DNA of 62,654 nucleotides, from IMG/VR virus record IMGVR_UViG_3300045988_095058. One strand, given 5' to 3'. The position numbers and the translations under genes were made by a program. Positions 1 to 9,836 of the stretch are shown here, piece by piece; the stretch's first letter is position 1; each line of letters opens with the position of its first letter. Below the pieces are notes generated by a model. The model ran no database searches. It was not told the DNA's origin and was given only the letters and a program-made list of their open reading frames with translations. Source of the stretch: a virus.

Positions 1-99
1 GTTTTTTTTTGCTCTGAAATAAAAATCTAAAGAAACTGAAAAAAGATTACATAGTAAATACATATTTTCTCCAGATATTTACCCTAACTTATGTAGAAA
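1..99. repeat. Terminal direct repeat, left copy (identical to 62556..62654)
   Basis: All 99 nt read identically at both ends of the window. This implies a circularly closed or terminally redundant genome of 62555 unique bp. Confidence 0.95.
72..93 (+). promoter_or_regulatory. Conserved 22-bp box CAGATATTTACCCTAACTTATG upstream of the head module, paired with ATTACATAG at 46..54
   Basis: A near-identical box (20 of 22 nt) is at 51592..51613, with ATTACATAG at 51621..51629. Both lie in intergenic DNA ahead of late-type gene blocks. Confidence 0.4.
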
Positions 100-171
100 C
101 AGTAGGGATATTTTGCAGATAACTTACGAGGGATCAGCATTATATAACTCATTTTAAGGAGGATAACAACT

Positions 172-834
172 ATGGCAGATGTAAACACAAACACAGCTAC
201 ACAGACACAGGAGCAGGGTAACGGTACCCAGACTAATACCACAGCTAACGCTAACACTACTGGAGCAGGTGCAGATACTACTCCTAAGGCAAAGACAGAG
301 GAGGAGATCAGAGCAGAACTCCAGAAAGAGTATGAAAAGATGGCAGATAAGCGAGTAACGGATGCTATCAAGAAAAAGGAAAAAGAGTGGGCGGATAAGC
401 AGGCTAAGGAAAAAATGACAGAGGATGAGCGTAGACAGGCGGAGGAGCAGGAACGCTTACAGGCACAGGCTAAGAGAGATCTGGATCTTACTATCAAGGG
501 CTTAAAGCTGGATGTAGTAGATGCAGTACAGGAGATGGGGCTGGATGCTGGCTTTAGAAATCTTATCGCTGTAGAGGACTTAGCAACTATCACAGATGAG
601 GATGAGCGTAAAGCTAAGCTCACTGAGAGAGTAAAGGGTATGAAAAAGCTCTTTGATGCTGAGGTAGCTAAGGAAGTTACAAAGGCTAAAGCTGAGTTTC
701 TCAAAGGTACTACACCTACTACAGGTACAAGTACAAAGAACACGGAAAAGGATACCTATAACAAGGCTAAAAAGGCAGGAGATGTTAAGGGTATGCTTGA
801 TGCAAAATTTTATGCCACAGAGGAAACAGATTAA
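172..834 (+). CDS. Head scaffolding protein
   Basis: 220 aa, Glu/Lys-rich with coiled-coil character. AGGAGG RBS. Lies immediately upstream of the major capsid gene. Confidence 0.65.
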   Translation: MADVNTNTATQTQEQGNGTQTNTTANANTTGAGADTTPKAKTEEEIRAELQKEYEKMADKRVTDAIKKKEKEWADKQAKEKMTEDERRQAEEQERLQAQAKRDLDLTIKGLKLDVVDAVQEMGLDAGFRNLIAVEDLATITDEDERKAKLTERVKGMKKLFDAEVAKEVTKAKAEFLKGTTPTTGTSTKNTEKDTYNKAKKAGDVKGMLDAKFYATEETD

Positions 835-855
835 GAAAATAGGAGGTAAATAACG

Positions 856-1767
856 ATGGCAGAAATGGTAAAAAGAAAAAAGTTTCTTGATGGAGAGGTA
901 TTAGATCTTAGTGAGCAGATTGCTCTTACATCTCCTACAGATACTCCACTCTCTACTCTTATTTTAGGTAGAGGAGCTGTAGTACCAGCAAAGGATATTA
1001 CAGTAACATGGAGAGAGCGTAAACTCAATGAGGATAAAGGTACTCTTAAGTTAGAGGGTGCTGAGGCAGGAGAGGTAATTACTTCTACAAGAGGATCACT
1101 CTCTAACGTGTGTCAGATCATCGAAAAGGTAACGCAGGTATCCGGTACAGCACAGGCTCTTCATCCGCTTGGGATTGGTAACAGCTTTACCGCAGAGGTT
1201 AATGATCGCTTAGTAGAAACTAAGAGAGATATGGAGTGGTATTTCCTTAATGGTACAAAAACACTGGAGCAGGATACCACACCTAGACAGATGAACGGAT
1301 TACTTAACTTAGTAAACACTGAGAATGTAATTGATGCTACTGATACAGGACTTACTGAGGATCTTCTCTTAGATGCTTTACAGAAAATGTGGGATCACGG
1401 AGCACAGGGAGAGTATTTCACTTTCGTCAATGCTACAGTAAAACGCCTTATTAACAAGTTAGCTAAGAGTGGAGATAACATCCGCTTTGTTAAGGGTGAT
1501 GAGGGCGTAGGTAAGGCTTTTGGTGTTACTTACAATCGTTTTGAGAGTGATTTTGGTGTGCTTAACATGGTACTTAACCGTCATGTAAAAGCAGATGCTC
1601 TCTTAGCTGTAGATCTGGAGCAGGTGCAGATTGCAGAGCTTAGACCTACTTTCTATGAGGATCTTCCTAAGGGCGGAGATTACGAAAAAGGTCATATCAT
1701 CAACGAGAGTACAATTAAGCTCCTTAATAGCTATGCTGGAGCTAAGATCATTAACATTTCAAAATAA
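856..1767 (+). CDS. Major capsid protein
   Basis: 303 aa ORF with a strong RBS. Sits between the scaffold and head-tail connector genes, and its size is typical of HK97-fold capsid proteins. Confidence 0.8.
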   Translation: MAEMVKRKKFLDGEVLDLSEQIALTSPTDTPLSTLILGRGAVVPAKDITVTWRERKLNEDKGTLKLEGAEAGEVITSTRGSLSNVCQIIEKVTQVSGTAQALHPLGIGNSFTAEVNDRLVETKRDMEWYFLNGTKTLEQDTTPRQMNGLLNLVNTENVIDATDTGLTEDLLLDALQKMWDHGAQGEYFTFVNATVKRLINKLAKSGDNIRFVKGDEGVGKAFGVTYNRFESDFGVLNMVLNRHVKADALLAVDLEQVQIAELRPTFYEDLPKGGDYEKGHIINESTIKLLNSYAGAKIINISK

Positions 1768-1784
1768 GCAGGAGGTAAATAGTC

Positions 1785-1961
1785 ATGGCAACTACAGCAA
1801 AAACGGAAACAGCTAAGGTATACAAGTTTGTTTCTCAGAATAAATTTTTGACTTGTACAGCCCTTAATATCCAGTTTATGGATGGAAAGGCAGAAACTAA
1901 GGATCTGGCAGTAGCTAAAGAGCTGGCTAAGATTGATGGGGTACAGTTAGTAGAGGAATAA
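1785..1961 (+). CDS. Small head-associated hypothetical protein (58 aa)
   Basis: ATG preceded by AGGAGGTAAATAGTC. It fills the gap between the capsid and connector genes and is below the 60-aa cutoff of the ORF track. Confidence 0.55.
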   Translation: MATTAKTETAKVYKFVSQNKFLTCTALNIQFMDGKAETKDLAVAKELAKIDGVQLVEE

Positions 1962-1974
1962 GGAGGGATCTCCT

Positions 1975-2373
1975 ATGGATAGCTTAGAGCGTTGTAGGAT
2001 CCTCTGTGGAATATCGGAGGATAACACAAAAAAGCTGGGGCTATTGAGTGTGCTCTTAGAGAAAGCAAGAGAAGATATAGAGGCATTTTGTAGAGATACC
2101 TTTATAGAGCCTCTTACTAATAATGAGGGCATTATTACAGGATATACGGATGTATTCCCTAAACAGCTTAAGAATGTGCAGGAGGATTTAGCTATCCAGC
2201 GATTTAGAAAGCTGGGGGCTGAGGGGGAGAGCTCTTATACCTTAGCGGATGAGAGTGTAACCTTTGATGATCCATTACCTGTATCAGTAGAAAAAAAGCT
2301 GTACCCATACCGCCAGCTATTCCCTAGATCCTATACGCTGGATGATCCAGTAGGCGGATATAAGGAGGGCTAA
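1975..2373 (+). CDS. Head-tail connector (gp6-like) protein
   Basis: 132 aa. Position and N-terminal helical region are typical of phage gp6-like head-tail connectors. Confidence 0.55.
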   Translation: MDSLERCRILCGISEDNTKKLGLLSVLLEKAREDIEAFCRDTFIEPLTNNEGIITGYTDVFPKQLKNVQEDLAIQRFRKLGAEGESSYTLADESVTFDDPLPVSVEKKLYPYRQLFPRSYTLDDPVGGYKEG

Positions 2374-2376
2374 GGT

Positions 2377-2724
2377 ATGCAATTTCTCTATGATAAGCAG
2401 GTGGTAGTAAAAAGATACTCCTCAACTTTAGGAGAGTTTAACCGCCCTAATAAAACTCTTGTAGAGGTTAGTACTTATGAGTGCCATACCGCAGAGAGTA
2501 GTACTACCACAGCACAGCTCCAGCCACAGAAAAAGAATACCACAGATCTTACACTCTACACAGATCCAGAGGCTCCTATCAAAAGGGGAGATATTTTATA
2601 TATCTATGAGCTGGATGAGTACGATAAGCCTATTATGAGTACGGAGTTTAAGGCTATTGCAGATAAGCCTTATAAAAAGCGTACTCAGCTCATTGTATCG
2701 CTCCTCAGTGAGGAGGAGGTATAG
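2377..2724 (+). CDS. Head closure / head-tail adaptor protein
   Basis: 115 aa, called by gene order in the head-tail joining block. Confidence 0.4.
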   Translation: MQFLYDKQVVVKRYSSTLGEFNRPNKTLVEVSTYECHTAESSTTTAQLQPQKKNTTDLTLYTDPEAPIKRGDILYIYELDEYDKPIMSTEFKAIADKPYKKRTQLIVSLLSEEEV

Positions 2725-3200
2725 TGGAGGGCTTTACTATCGAGGGCTGGGATGATTTTGTAGAGAACTTTAGTAAGTTTGTGGATAAATGGGCGGATAA
2801 GAAAAAGATCCTCCTCCAGAGGATGGCTAATATCTATCATAGCGAGGTTATACCTCATGTGCCAGTAGATACCTCACGGTTAGTAGATAGTATTACCATT
2901 TTCGGAGAGGGGATACCTCACGATTTTGTAGAGGTGGGAACTAATGTAGAGTATGCTCTGTATGTAAATGATGGTCATGTACAGCATAAGAGATTTTTAC
3001 CAGCGGATAAGCTGAGTGTAGGCGGAAAAGCTAAATACCTTAAGAACAGGAACCAAAAAGGGATCATGTTAAAAGAGAGCTATGTAAATGGCTCTTTTTT
3101 TATGGAAAAAGGTATGCAGGATGCTAAGCCCAGACTTAACAGGCTGGTAGAGAGCTTTTTACAGCAAATAGGCAGAGAGATAGAGGGAGGTAGCTTATGA
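2724..3200 (+). CDS. HK97 gp10-family tail-joining protein
   Basis: GTG start overlapping the upstream stop. Has DTSRLVDSI and GTNVEYALYVNDGH segments typical of the HK97 gp10 family. Confidence 0.6.
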   Translation: MEGFTIEGWDDFVENFSKFVDKWADKKKILLQRMANIYHSEVIPHVPVDTSRLVDSITIFGEGIPHDFVEVGTNVEYALYVNDGHVQHKRFLPADKLSVGGKAKYLKNRNQKGIMLKESYVNGSFFMEKGMQDAKPRLNRLVESFLQQIGREIEGGSL

Positions 3201-3673
3201 GATTGCTTAATAGCGTATGCAGGGTTATAGCCTCCGCTTATTCTGGGGTGCCAGTGCATATAGAGGAGGTTCCTAATAACTTTGAGCGTAACAGCTTTTA
3301 TGTAACGCTGGCTACAGGCAGTAGCGAGCTAAAAAATCTCAATGTGTATGAGGATGATCCGATATTCCAGATTGTTTACTTTGCGAAAAGAAACGAGGCT
3401 AATCAAGTGGTAGCAGAAAAGCTCTATGAGGTAAAGGAGGAGCTTAAAAGGCTTTTCCTCCTTAAGAGGGTTGTACCTGTGATCCCTTTAGCTGGAGTAA
3501 AGGAAAAACCCAGATATGCAAAGATAGAGAATTACTCCGATGATGTGAGGGTTAGTGAGGGGGCTTTATATGTAAAGATCACTCTCAACTTTACAGAGGA
3601 TGTACCTGTAGAGGATAACTATGAGCTTATCGGAGATGTGGATATTGAAACAAAGACAGTAACAAACGGATAG
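3197..3673 (+). CDS. Tail terminator / tail completion protein
   Basis: 158 aa. ATGA overlap with the upstream gene, directly upstream of the sheath gene. Confidence 0.4.
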   Translation: MRLLNSVCRVIASAYSGVPVHIEEVPNNFERNSFYVTLATGSSELKNLNVYEDDPIFQIVYFAKRNEANQVVAEKLYEVKEELKRLFLLKRVVPVIPLAGVKEKPRYAKIENYSDDVRVSEGALYVKITLNFTEDVPVEDNYELIGDVDIETKTVTNG

Positions 3674-3686
3674 GAGGTTAAACAGA

Positions 3687-4790
3687 ATGGGATTACCAGA
3701 TATTATTATTGAGTTTTCCAAAAAGGCAGTAACAGCCATCCAGAACGGATCTACAGGCATTGTAGGTATTATGCTTAAGGATGCCAAAAACAAGGGGGCT
3801 ATGGTGCTCCGTAGTGTGGATGAGATCCCTACTGGAGATAGTGCTTTTAGTGCAGAGAATACCGCTTATATTGAGAGAGCGTTTATTGGCTCTCCATCTA
3901 AGGTAATTATCTACACGATGGATACAACAGCAGAGAGTTACGATGAGGCTACAAAGTATTTTGCTACACAGAAAGTAAATTACATTGTAGGAGCTCCAGA
4001 TCTTACCACAGAGGAGGCTACTAAGCTGGCTACATGGGTTAAGGGTATCAGAAAGAACTCTGTACGCAGACCTGTAGCAGTACTCCCTAAGACCGCTGGA
4101 GATAGCAGGGGCGTTATTAACTTTGAGGTAGTAAACAGCTCCGCTACAGATAAGATCGAGGTAGGAGAAAAGCAGTACACAGAGGCGGAGTACTGTAGTA
4201 GAATTGCTGGCTTGTTAGCTGGCTTAGATCTCAGAGTATCCGCTACCTATAAGCCTCTTACTGAGGTAACAGCTATCCCTCTGGTAGATAGTGATGAGGA
4301 AGTAGATACCGCTATTGATGCTGGTAAGCTCACTCTCTATAACGATGGAGAGCGTGTTGTAATTGCAAGAGGTGTAAACTCTCTCACTACAGTTACAGAG
4401 GTAGAAACAGCGGATCTCCAGAAAATCAAGATCAATGCTATACAGGATCAGATTGAGGGAGATATTTACAGCACTATTAACAAGAGCTACATCGGTAACT
4501 ACAGTAACTCTTATGATAACAAGTGCTTACTCATTACAGCTATCAAGGGCTACCTTAGAGGGCTGGAGGCTACAGAGGGCGGTAAGGGCTGGCTTAAGGC
4601 AGACAGCTCTACTATGGAGATCAATGTAGCTAAGCAGAAACAGTACTTAGAGAGTATCGGAGTAGATACCTCTGAGATGGATGAGCAGGCTATTAAGGAG
4701 GCTAATACAGGCTCTCATGTATTCCTTAAGGGTACTATCTCTATCTTAGATGCTATCGAGGATGTAGATATTTTCATCAATAAGGATTAA
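3687..4790 (+). CDS. Contractile tail sheath protein (XkdK-like)
   Basis: 367 aa with an MGLPDIIIEF N-terminus typical of Firmicute myophage sheaths. Followed by the tube gene. Confidence 0.75.
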   Translation: MGLPDIIIEFSKKAVTAIQNGSTGIVGIMLKDAKNKGAMVLRSVDEIPTGDSAFSAENTAYIERAFIGSPSKVIIYTMDTTAESYDEATKYFATQKVNYIVGAPDLTTEEATKLATWVKGIRKNSVRRPVAVLPKTAGDSRGVINFEVVNSSATDKIEVGEKQYTEAEYCSRIAGLLAGLDLRVSATYKPLTEVTAIPLVDSDEEVDTAIDAGKLTLYNDGERVVIARGVNSLTTVTEVETADLQKIKINAIQDQIEGDIYSTINKSYIGNYSNSYDNKCLLITAIKGYLRGLEATEGGKGWLKADSSTMEINVAKQKQYLESIGVDTSEMDEQAIKEANTGSHVFLKGTISILDAIEDVDIFINKD

Positions 4791-4804
4791 GGAGGTAATT
4801 ACAG

Positions 4805-5239
4805 ATGGCAGTAGAAACAAAGCGAATTTGTAACGGTACCTTTGGAGAGCTCTGGTTAGACGGAGATTATGTAGGAGAGTGCTATAAGGCACAGGCAAAG
4901 GTAGAGTTTACAAAAGAGGAGATTAAACAGTGCGGTACTTTCTTCACTGATAACAAGGTTGTCGGATGTAAGGGTACAGGATCTCTTACTATGCACAAGG
5001 TAAATTCCAGAATGGCTATTAAGGTAGCTAACATGGTTAGAAATAAGCAGGATGTACGCTTTACGCTTATCAGTAAGTTAGCGGATCCAGATGCTTACGG
5101 TGCAGAGCGTGTATCTATCACAGGAGTACAGATGGATGATCTTACTCTCTTTGATTGGGAGGCTCAGAAACCTCTTGAAACAGAGGCTCCGTTTACCTTT
5201 ACAGGGTACGAGTACTTAGATCAGATTACTCCTCAGTAA
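4805..5239 (+). CDS. Tail tube protein (XkdM-like)
   Basis: 144 aa with NGTFGELWLDG and GTGSLTMHKVNSRM segments typical of XkdM-type core tail proteins. Confidence 0.75.
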   Translation: MAVETKRICNGTFGELWLDGDYVGECYKAQAKVEFTKEEIKQCGTFFTDNKVVGCKGTGSLTMHKVNSRMAIKVANMVRNKQDVRFTLISKLADPDAYGAERVSITGVQMDDLTLFDWEAQKPLETEAPFTFTGYEYLDQITPQ

Positions 5240-5259
5240 GAGTTATAAGAGTGCAGTTT

Positions 5260-5288
5260 GGGGAGGGTAAAACCTCCCCTTATTTTTA
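5260..5288 (+). terminator. Rho-independent terminator
   Basis: GGGGAGG stem, 6-nt loop, CCTCCCC stem, then a T-rich tract. Confidence 0.7.
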
Positions 5289-5317
5289 TTATATGAAAAA
5301 TTAAGGAGGGCTATAAC

Positions 5318-5797
5318 ATGGCTACAAAGAATGTAAATGCAGAGGCAGTACAGGCAGAGGAAACAGAAAAGAAAGAGGCGGTTAATATCTTAGATCTCCT
5401 CTTAGGATCCGATGTAGGAGAGATTAAGCTCCCTACTAAGGAAGTAGAAATTACCAGATTATCACAGGTATACGGTGCTCCGTTTATCCTCACTATTAAG
5501 GCGATTACTCCAGCTAAGTTTGAGGAGATACAGGATATGAGCATTGATGTAAAGGGCAAGGATGCAGATATTGATATTACCCAGCTCCAGCTCTTTACAG
5601 TAATCGAGGGCGTAGTAGATGCTACAGGTGCTCCAATGTTCAAGAATAAGGAGCTTATGAGTAAGTTTAAGGTATCTACTCCTAAGGATCTGGTAAGAGC
5701 GATCTTACTTTCTGGAGAGATCGCTAAGATTTACGGAGAGATCTCTGAGCTGGCAGGTTTCGGAGATAATGCGGTTAAAGAAGTAAAAAACTCATAA
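5318..5797 (+). CDS. Tail assembly chaperone (XkdN-like), zero-frame product
   Basis: 159 aa, located between the tube and tape measure genes. Confidence 0.7.
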   Translation: MATKNVNAEAVQAEETEKKEAVNILDLLLGSDVGEIKLPTKEVEITRLSQVYGAPFILTIKAITPAKFEEIQDMSIDVKGKDADIDITQLQLFTVIEGVVDATGAPMFKNKELMSKFKVSTPKDLVRAILLSGEIAKIYGEISELAGFGDNAVKEVKNS

Positions 5798-5997
5798 GTA
5801 CAGATGGGCTTACCCAGATGATGTACTACTACTGGAAACACGGTAGAGTACTCCCATCTGTATTTTACAAATTGCCTAGAGGAGAGCTCTTAGTATTACA
5901 GGCTTTTTATGAGCAGGAGATAGAGGATAATAACAAAGAGCTGGAGAGGGCAGATAAGAGTAAGAGTGTTATGTACAATATCAATCTACTCACATAG
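5318..5997 (+). CDS. Tail assembly chaperone, -1 frameshift fusion product (G/GT-like)
   Basis: The -1 frame reads KKLISTDGLTQMMYYYWKHG...NINLLT without stops and ends just before the tape measure RBS. Confidence 0.6.
5785..5791 (+). promoter_or_regulatory. Programmed -1 frameshift slippery heptamer A AAA AAC
   Basis: The heptamer is in X XXY YYZ register with the chaperone frame, 4 nt before its stop. The -1 frame stays open for 68 codons to TAG at 5995..5997. Confidence 0.7.
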
Positions 5998-6011
5998 AGG
6001 AGGTGGCATAT

Positions 6012-9000
6012 ATGGCGGTAGAGTTTGGTGCAAAACTTTACTTAAAAGATAATATGTATGCTACCCTTAAGAAAAATCTAGGTTTACAGCGTGAATTTTC
6101 GGAGCAGGTAGATAAAACTAATGCGAGTATGCAACAGATGGGGCGTACAAGGGTTAATGCTACTATCAATGCTACGGATAACGCCTCTGGAGTTGTAGAG
6201 AGCGTTAGACAGACTGTAGAGAATGTAGGCAATACAACAGTATCCCCAGAGGTATCCTTACAGGATAACGCCTCTGGGGTTATTGGTGCTATACAGGATA
6301 CCTTAGATACCGTCAATACTACCACAGCTACTCCAGAGGTGGAGGTAGAGGATAATGCCTCTCCTACTATCAGTGAGGTAGAGAGTAGAGTACACAGGCT
6401 GGGTAATGTAAGAGCATTAACCAGAGTGGAGGTAAACGATCAAGCCACAGAAAAGGTAGAGAGAATAACCCAGAGGATCAAGGATCTTACTAAAAAGGTA
6501 TTCTCTCCAGTGATTAAGCTAAAGGATCTCACGGTTAGTACAGTAGGAAAGATTAAGCAGAGGCTTAAGGAGATAGCCACTACTTTTACTCCTATCGTAA
6601 AGATCAGAGATCTAGCCTCACAGGGCTTAGCTAAAATCAAAAATACCTTAGGTGGGCTACGAGATAGAGTTACCTCTGTAGCGGTAGGGATCCATGATAG
6701 AGCTACATCTGGATTAAATAAAATAAGGGTAGGTGTACGAACAGTAGGAAAGCTGGTGGCTAAGCCTTTTATCTCTATTAAGGATGGAGCCACTAGAGGG
6801 ATCACAAAGGTTAGGAACTCCCTAAAATCCGTAGGGAAAACAGTAGCTAAGCCTTTTGTTACTCTGAGGGATAAAGCAAGTGCTCCTCTGGGTAAGGTAG
6901 GCGGTGTACTGAAATCCGTAGGTAAGGTAGTAGCTAAGCCTTTGATAGCAGTAAAAGACGGTGCTAGTAAGATCCTCCACGGTATAGGCAGTAGCTTAAA
7001 ATCCATCGGTAATATGTCTGTAAAGGCTATGGTAGCGGTAAAGGATGGAGCTAGTGCTGTACTGGGTAAGATCGGTAGTACACTTAAGAGCCTTGCAAAA
7101 GGCGTAACAATCGCTGTAGGAATTGCAGGAGCAGGAGCTACAGCTCTTATGGGTAAATCTTTAGGAGAGGGAGCTAAACTACAGCAAAGTATAGGCGGTA
7201 TTGAAACGCTGTACACAAAGACTAATAGCGATGGTAGCACAGATACCTCAGCGGTAGATAAGATGTTACAGTACGCTAATCAAGCGTATAAAACTACAGG
7301 CTTATCCGCTAATGAGTATATGGAAAATGTTACCTCATTTAGTGCCTCTCTTTTGAGTGCGTGTGCAGGAGATACAAATAAATCCGCTGAGATTGCTAAC
7401 AAAGCTATGGTAGATATGGCGGATAACGCTAACAAGATGGGTACTGATATGGGATCCATTCAGAACGCTTATCAAGGCTTTGCAAAGCAAAATTACACGA
7501 TGCTAGATAACCTTAAGCTTGGTTATGGTGGTACTAAGGAGGAGATGGAGAGGCTCCTTAAGGATGCACAGGCTATCACTGGTACTAAGTACGATCTAAA
7601 CAACTTAGCGGATGTATATACAGCTATCGGAGTAATACAGGATAAATTAAATATCACAGGAACCACAGCAAGAGAGGCAGAGCAGACCTTTAGCGGATCT
7701 TTTGCGATGATGAAAGCCTCCGTTACTAACCTCTTAGGTAATTTATCTGTAGGGGATGGAGAGGCAGTAGCTAGAAGTATGGGAGAGCTGGTAGAGAGTG
7801 CAAGTACTTTCTTTTTCGGTAACTTTATACCGATGCTCCAGACGATTTTTAGCAACTTGCCTACAGCAATAGGAACAGCGGTAGAAAAGGTAGCTCCTCA
7901 GATTAAGGAGAATGTATTACCACTCCTTACATCTATCAAGGATGCAATCTTTACAGGGCTGGGTAATATCGGTATTGATACTGGAGCATTACAAGCTATT
8001 TTCGATCAGCTTTTTAATGTAAAGGTAGACGGTGGCGGTATTTCTAGTATGTTCTCTGGGCTTAAGGATGGAATAGTACAGGCGATCAATACGATCTTAC
8101 CTATCATCCCTCCGATTATCTCAGCGGTACAACAGATAGCCCCTGTAGTAGGGCAGGTAATTAGTACGATTATGAGCGGTGTATCTCAGATCATCCCTTA
8201 TATTGTGCCAGTGATCCAGACTATTACTAATATCATCGTAACAGCTATGCCAGTGATCCAACAGATCATTACAGTAGTGGTAAATGCGATTGTAGCTATT
8301 ATGCCTACATTGAGCTCTATTTTTACTTTTGTGGGAAATGTGATCCAGCAAGTACTTACTGTGATCGGTAATCACATGGGATTATTCCAGACTATTGTAT
8401 CAACGGTGGTTACAGTGGTTTCTACAGTCTGGCAGGCTCTAGCCCCTGTAATTTCGGCTGTGGTCGATTTGATTTTAACAGTGGTCGATGGGCTCCTTAC
8501 TGGTATCGAAACTGTGTTCAACTTTTTAGCCCCATATATACAGCAAATTTGGGAGAGTATCTGTGGATTTTTCGACAGTGCAAGCTCCACGATTACAACT
8601 ATCGTAGAAACCATTAAGAGCGTATTTCAAGGCTTATTCGATGCGGTATCCACTATTTTCGGTGGTATCTCCGATGCGGTATCAACAGCGATCGGAACCG
8701 TAACGAGTGTGATAAGCGGAGCGATAGATGCTATCAGCGGTTTTGTAGATAAGATCGGTGGTGCAATCTCAAAGGCTAAGGACTTTGTAGGAGGTATCGG
8801 AGGCAAGGTTAAGAGTGCTTTAGGTTTTGCCTATGGTAAAGATAGAGTACCATATGATAACTACCCAGCTATCCTCCATCAAGGCGAGAAAGTCTTAACA
8901 AGAAATCAAGCGGATCAATATGATAGGGCGATGAGCACAAGGGGCGTACAGCTCAGCGATGTTAAGCCTATAGATAGAGATCCAGATCCACAGGATGATA

Positions 9001-9182
9001 AAGGCGGTACAGGAGGTACAGGAAATCCACAGGATAGCGATTTACCTAAGAGCGGTGGTATCGGATCCGTAACGATTGAAAAATTGGCGGATACGGTAAT
9101 CATTGAGAAAGAGGCAGATACCGATAAGGTGGTATCTGATATGGTGGCAAAATTCAAAAAGTTGTTACCTAATATGACTTAA
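6012..9182 (+). CDS. Tail tape measure protein
   Basis: About 1056 aa with internal degenerate repeats (VAKPF..KDGAS..) and hydrophobic helical stretches. ATG 6012 lies 8 nt after GAGGAGG; an in-frame GTG at 6003 is the alternative start. Confidence 0.85.
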   Translation: MAVEFGAKLYLKDNMYATLKKNLGLQREFSEQVDKTNASMQQMGRTRVNATINATDNASGVVESVRQTVENVGNTTVSPEVSLQDNASGVIGAIQDTLDTVNTTTATPEVEVEDNASPTISEVESRVHRLGNVRALTRVEVNDQATEKVERITQRIKDLTKKVFSPVIKLKDLTVSTVGKIKQRLKEIATTFTPIVKIRDLASQGLAKIKNTLGGLRDRVTSVAVGIHDRATSGLNKIRVGVRTVGKLVAKPFISIKDGATRGITKVRNSLKSVGKTVAKPFVTLRDKASAPLGKVGGVLKSVGKVVAKPLIAVKDGASKILHGIGSSLKSIGNMSVKAMVAVKDGASAVLGKIGSTLKSLAKGVTIAVGIAGAGATALMGKSLGEGAKLQQSIGGIETLYTKTNSDGSTDTSAVDKMLQYANQAYKTTGLSANEYMENVTSFSASLLSACAGDTNKSAEIANKAMVDMADNANKMGTDMGSIQNAYQGFAKQNYTMLDNLKLGYGGTKEEMERLLKDAQAITGTKYDLNNLADVYTAIGVIQDKLNITGTTAREAEQTFSGSFAMMKASVTNLLGNLSVGDGEAVARSMGELVESASTFFFGNFIPMLQTIFSNLPTAIGTAVEKVAPQIKENVLPLLTSIKDAIFTGLGNIGIDTGALQAIFDQLFNVKVDGGGISSMFSGLKDGIVQAINTILPIIPPIISAVQQIAPVVGQVISTIMSGVSQIIPYIVPVIQTITNIIVTAMPVIQQIITVVVNAIVAIMPTLSSIFTFVGNVIQQVLTVIGNHMGLFQTIVSTVVTVVSTVWQALAPVISAVVDLILTVVDGLLTGIETVFNFLAPYIQQIWESICGFFDSASSTITTIVETIKSVFQGLFDAVSTIFGGISDAVSTAIGTVTSVISGAIDAISGFVDKIGGAISKAKDFVGGIGGKVKSALGFAYGKDRVPYDNYPAILHQGEKVLTRNQADQYDRAMSTRGVQLSDVKPIDRDPDPQDDKGGTGGTGNPQDSDLPKSGGIGSVTIEKLADTVIIEKEADTDKVVSDMVAKFKKLLPNMT

Positions 9183-9200
9183 CAGGGAGGAGGATACTTA

Positions 9201-9824
9201 ATGGAATTTTGGTTACAACAGAATAGCGATAAGTTTCAACTCCCAGTTAAGCCCTCTGATTACACGGTGTCCGTAGCTCATAAAAATACGGTTGTCAATG
9301 TAATACAGGTGGGAGATGTAAACCTTATCGGAAATACAGGCTTAAGAGAAATTTCTCTTAAGTCTTTTTTTCCAGCAAAAGATTATAACTTTAGTAATAA
9401 TGCAGGGCGTAAACAGCCTCTAACTTATGTAAAGAAGATCGAGAGCTGGAGAAAGTCTGGTACTCCTATTAGGGTTATCATTACAGGCACTCTTAACATG
9501 GAGGCTACAGTGGAGAGCTTTGTGTGGGGAGAGCAGGATGCTACAGGAGATATTTATTATACCTGTAATCTAAAGGAGTACAAAAAGATAAAGACAAAAA
9601 AAGCTACCGTTACTATAGCTACTGTAAAGCCTACAGTAAGGGCTACAAAGCCACAGGCTAGTACAGCCAGAACATACACGGTAAAAAGTGGGGATTGCCT
9701 CTGGAAAATAGCTAAACAGTTTTACGGTAACGGAGCTCAGTACACTAAGATCTACAATGCTAACAGAGATAAGATAAAAAATCCTAATCTTATCTATCCT
9801 AATCAAGTATTGACGATCCCTTAG
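9201..9824 (+). CDS. LysM-domain tail protein (XkdP-like)
   Basis: C-terminal LysM segment [18 protein letters not shown]...[11 protein letters not shown]. Located directly after the tape measure gene. Confidence 0.8.
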   Translation: MEFWLQQNSDKFQLPVKPSDYTVSVAHKNTVVNVIQVGDVNLIGNTGLREISLKSFFPAKDYNFSNNAGRKQPLTYVKKIESWRKSGTPIRVIITGTLNMEATVESFVWGEQDATGDIYYTCNLKEYKKIKTKKATVTIATVKPTVRATKPQASTARTYTVKSGDCLWKIAKQFYGNGAQYTKIYNANRDKIKNPNLIYPNQVLTIP

Positions 9825-9836
9825 GAGGTGGTAAGA

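Noticed and set aside
84-743. Long minus-strand ORFs opposite confirmed genes (84..743, 6440..7240, 18509..19144, 53492..53935, 58546..59028 and similar)
   Set aside because: They are low-complexity Ser/Leu-rich shadow frames of purine-rich + strand genes. They have no RBS and lie fully inside well-supported CDSs.
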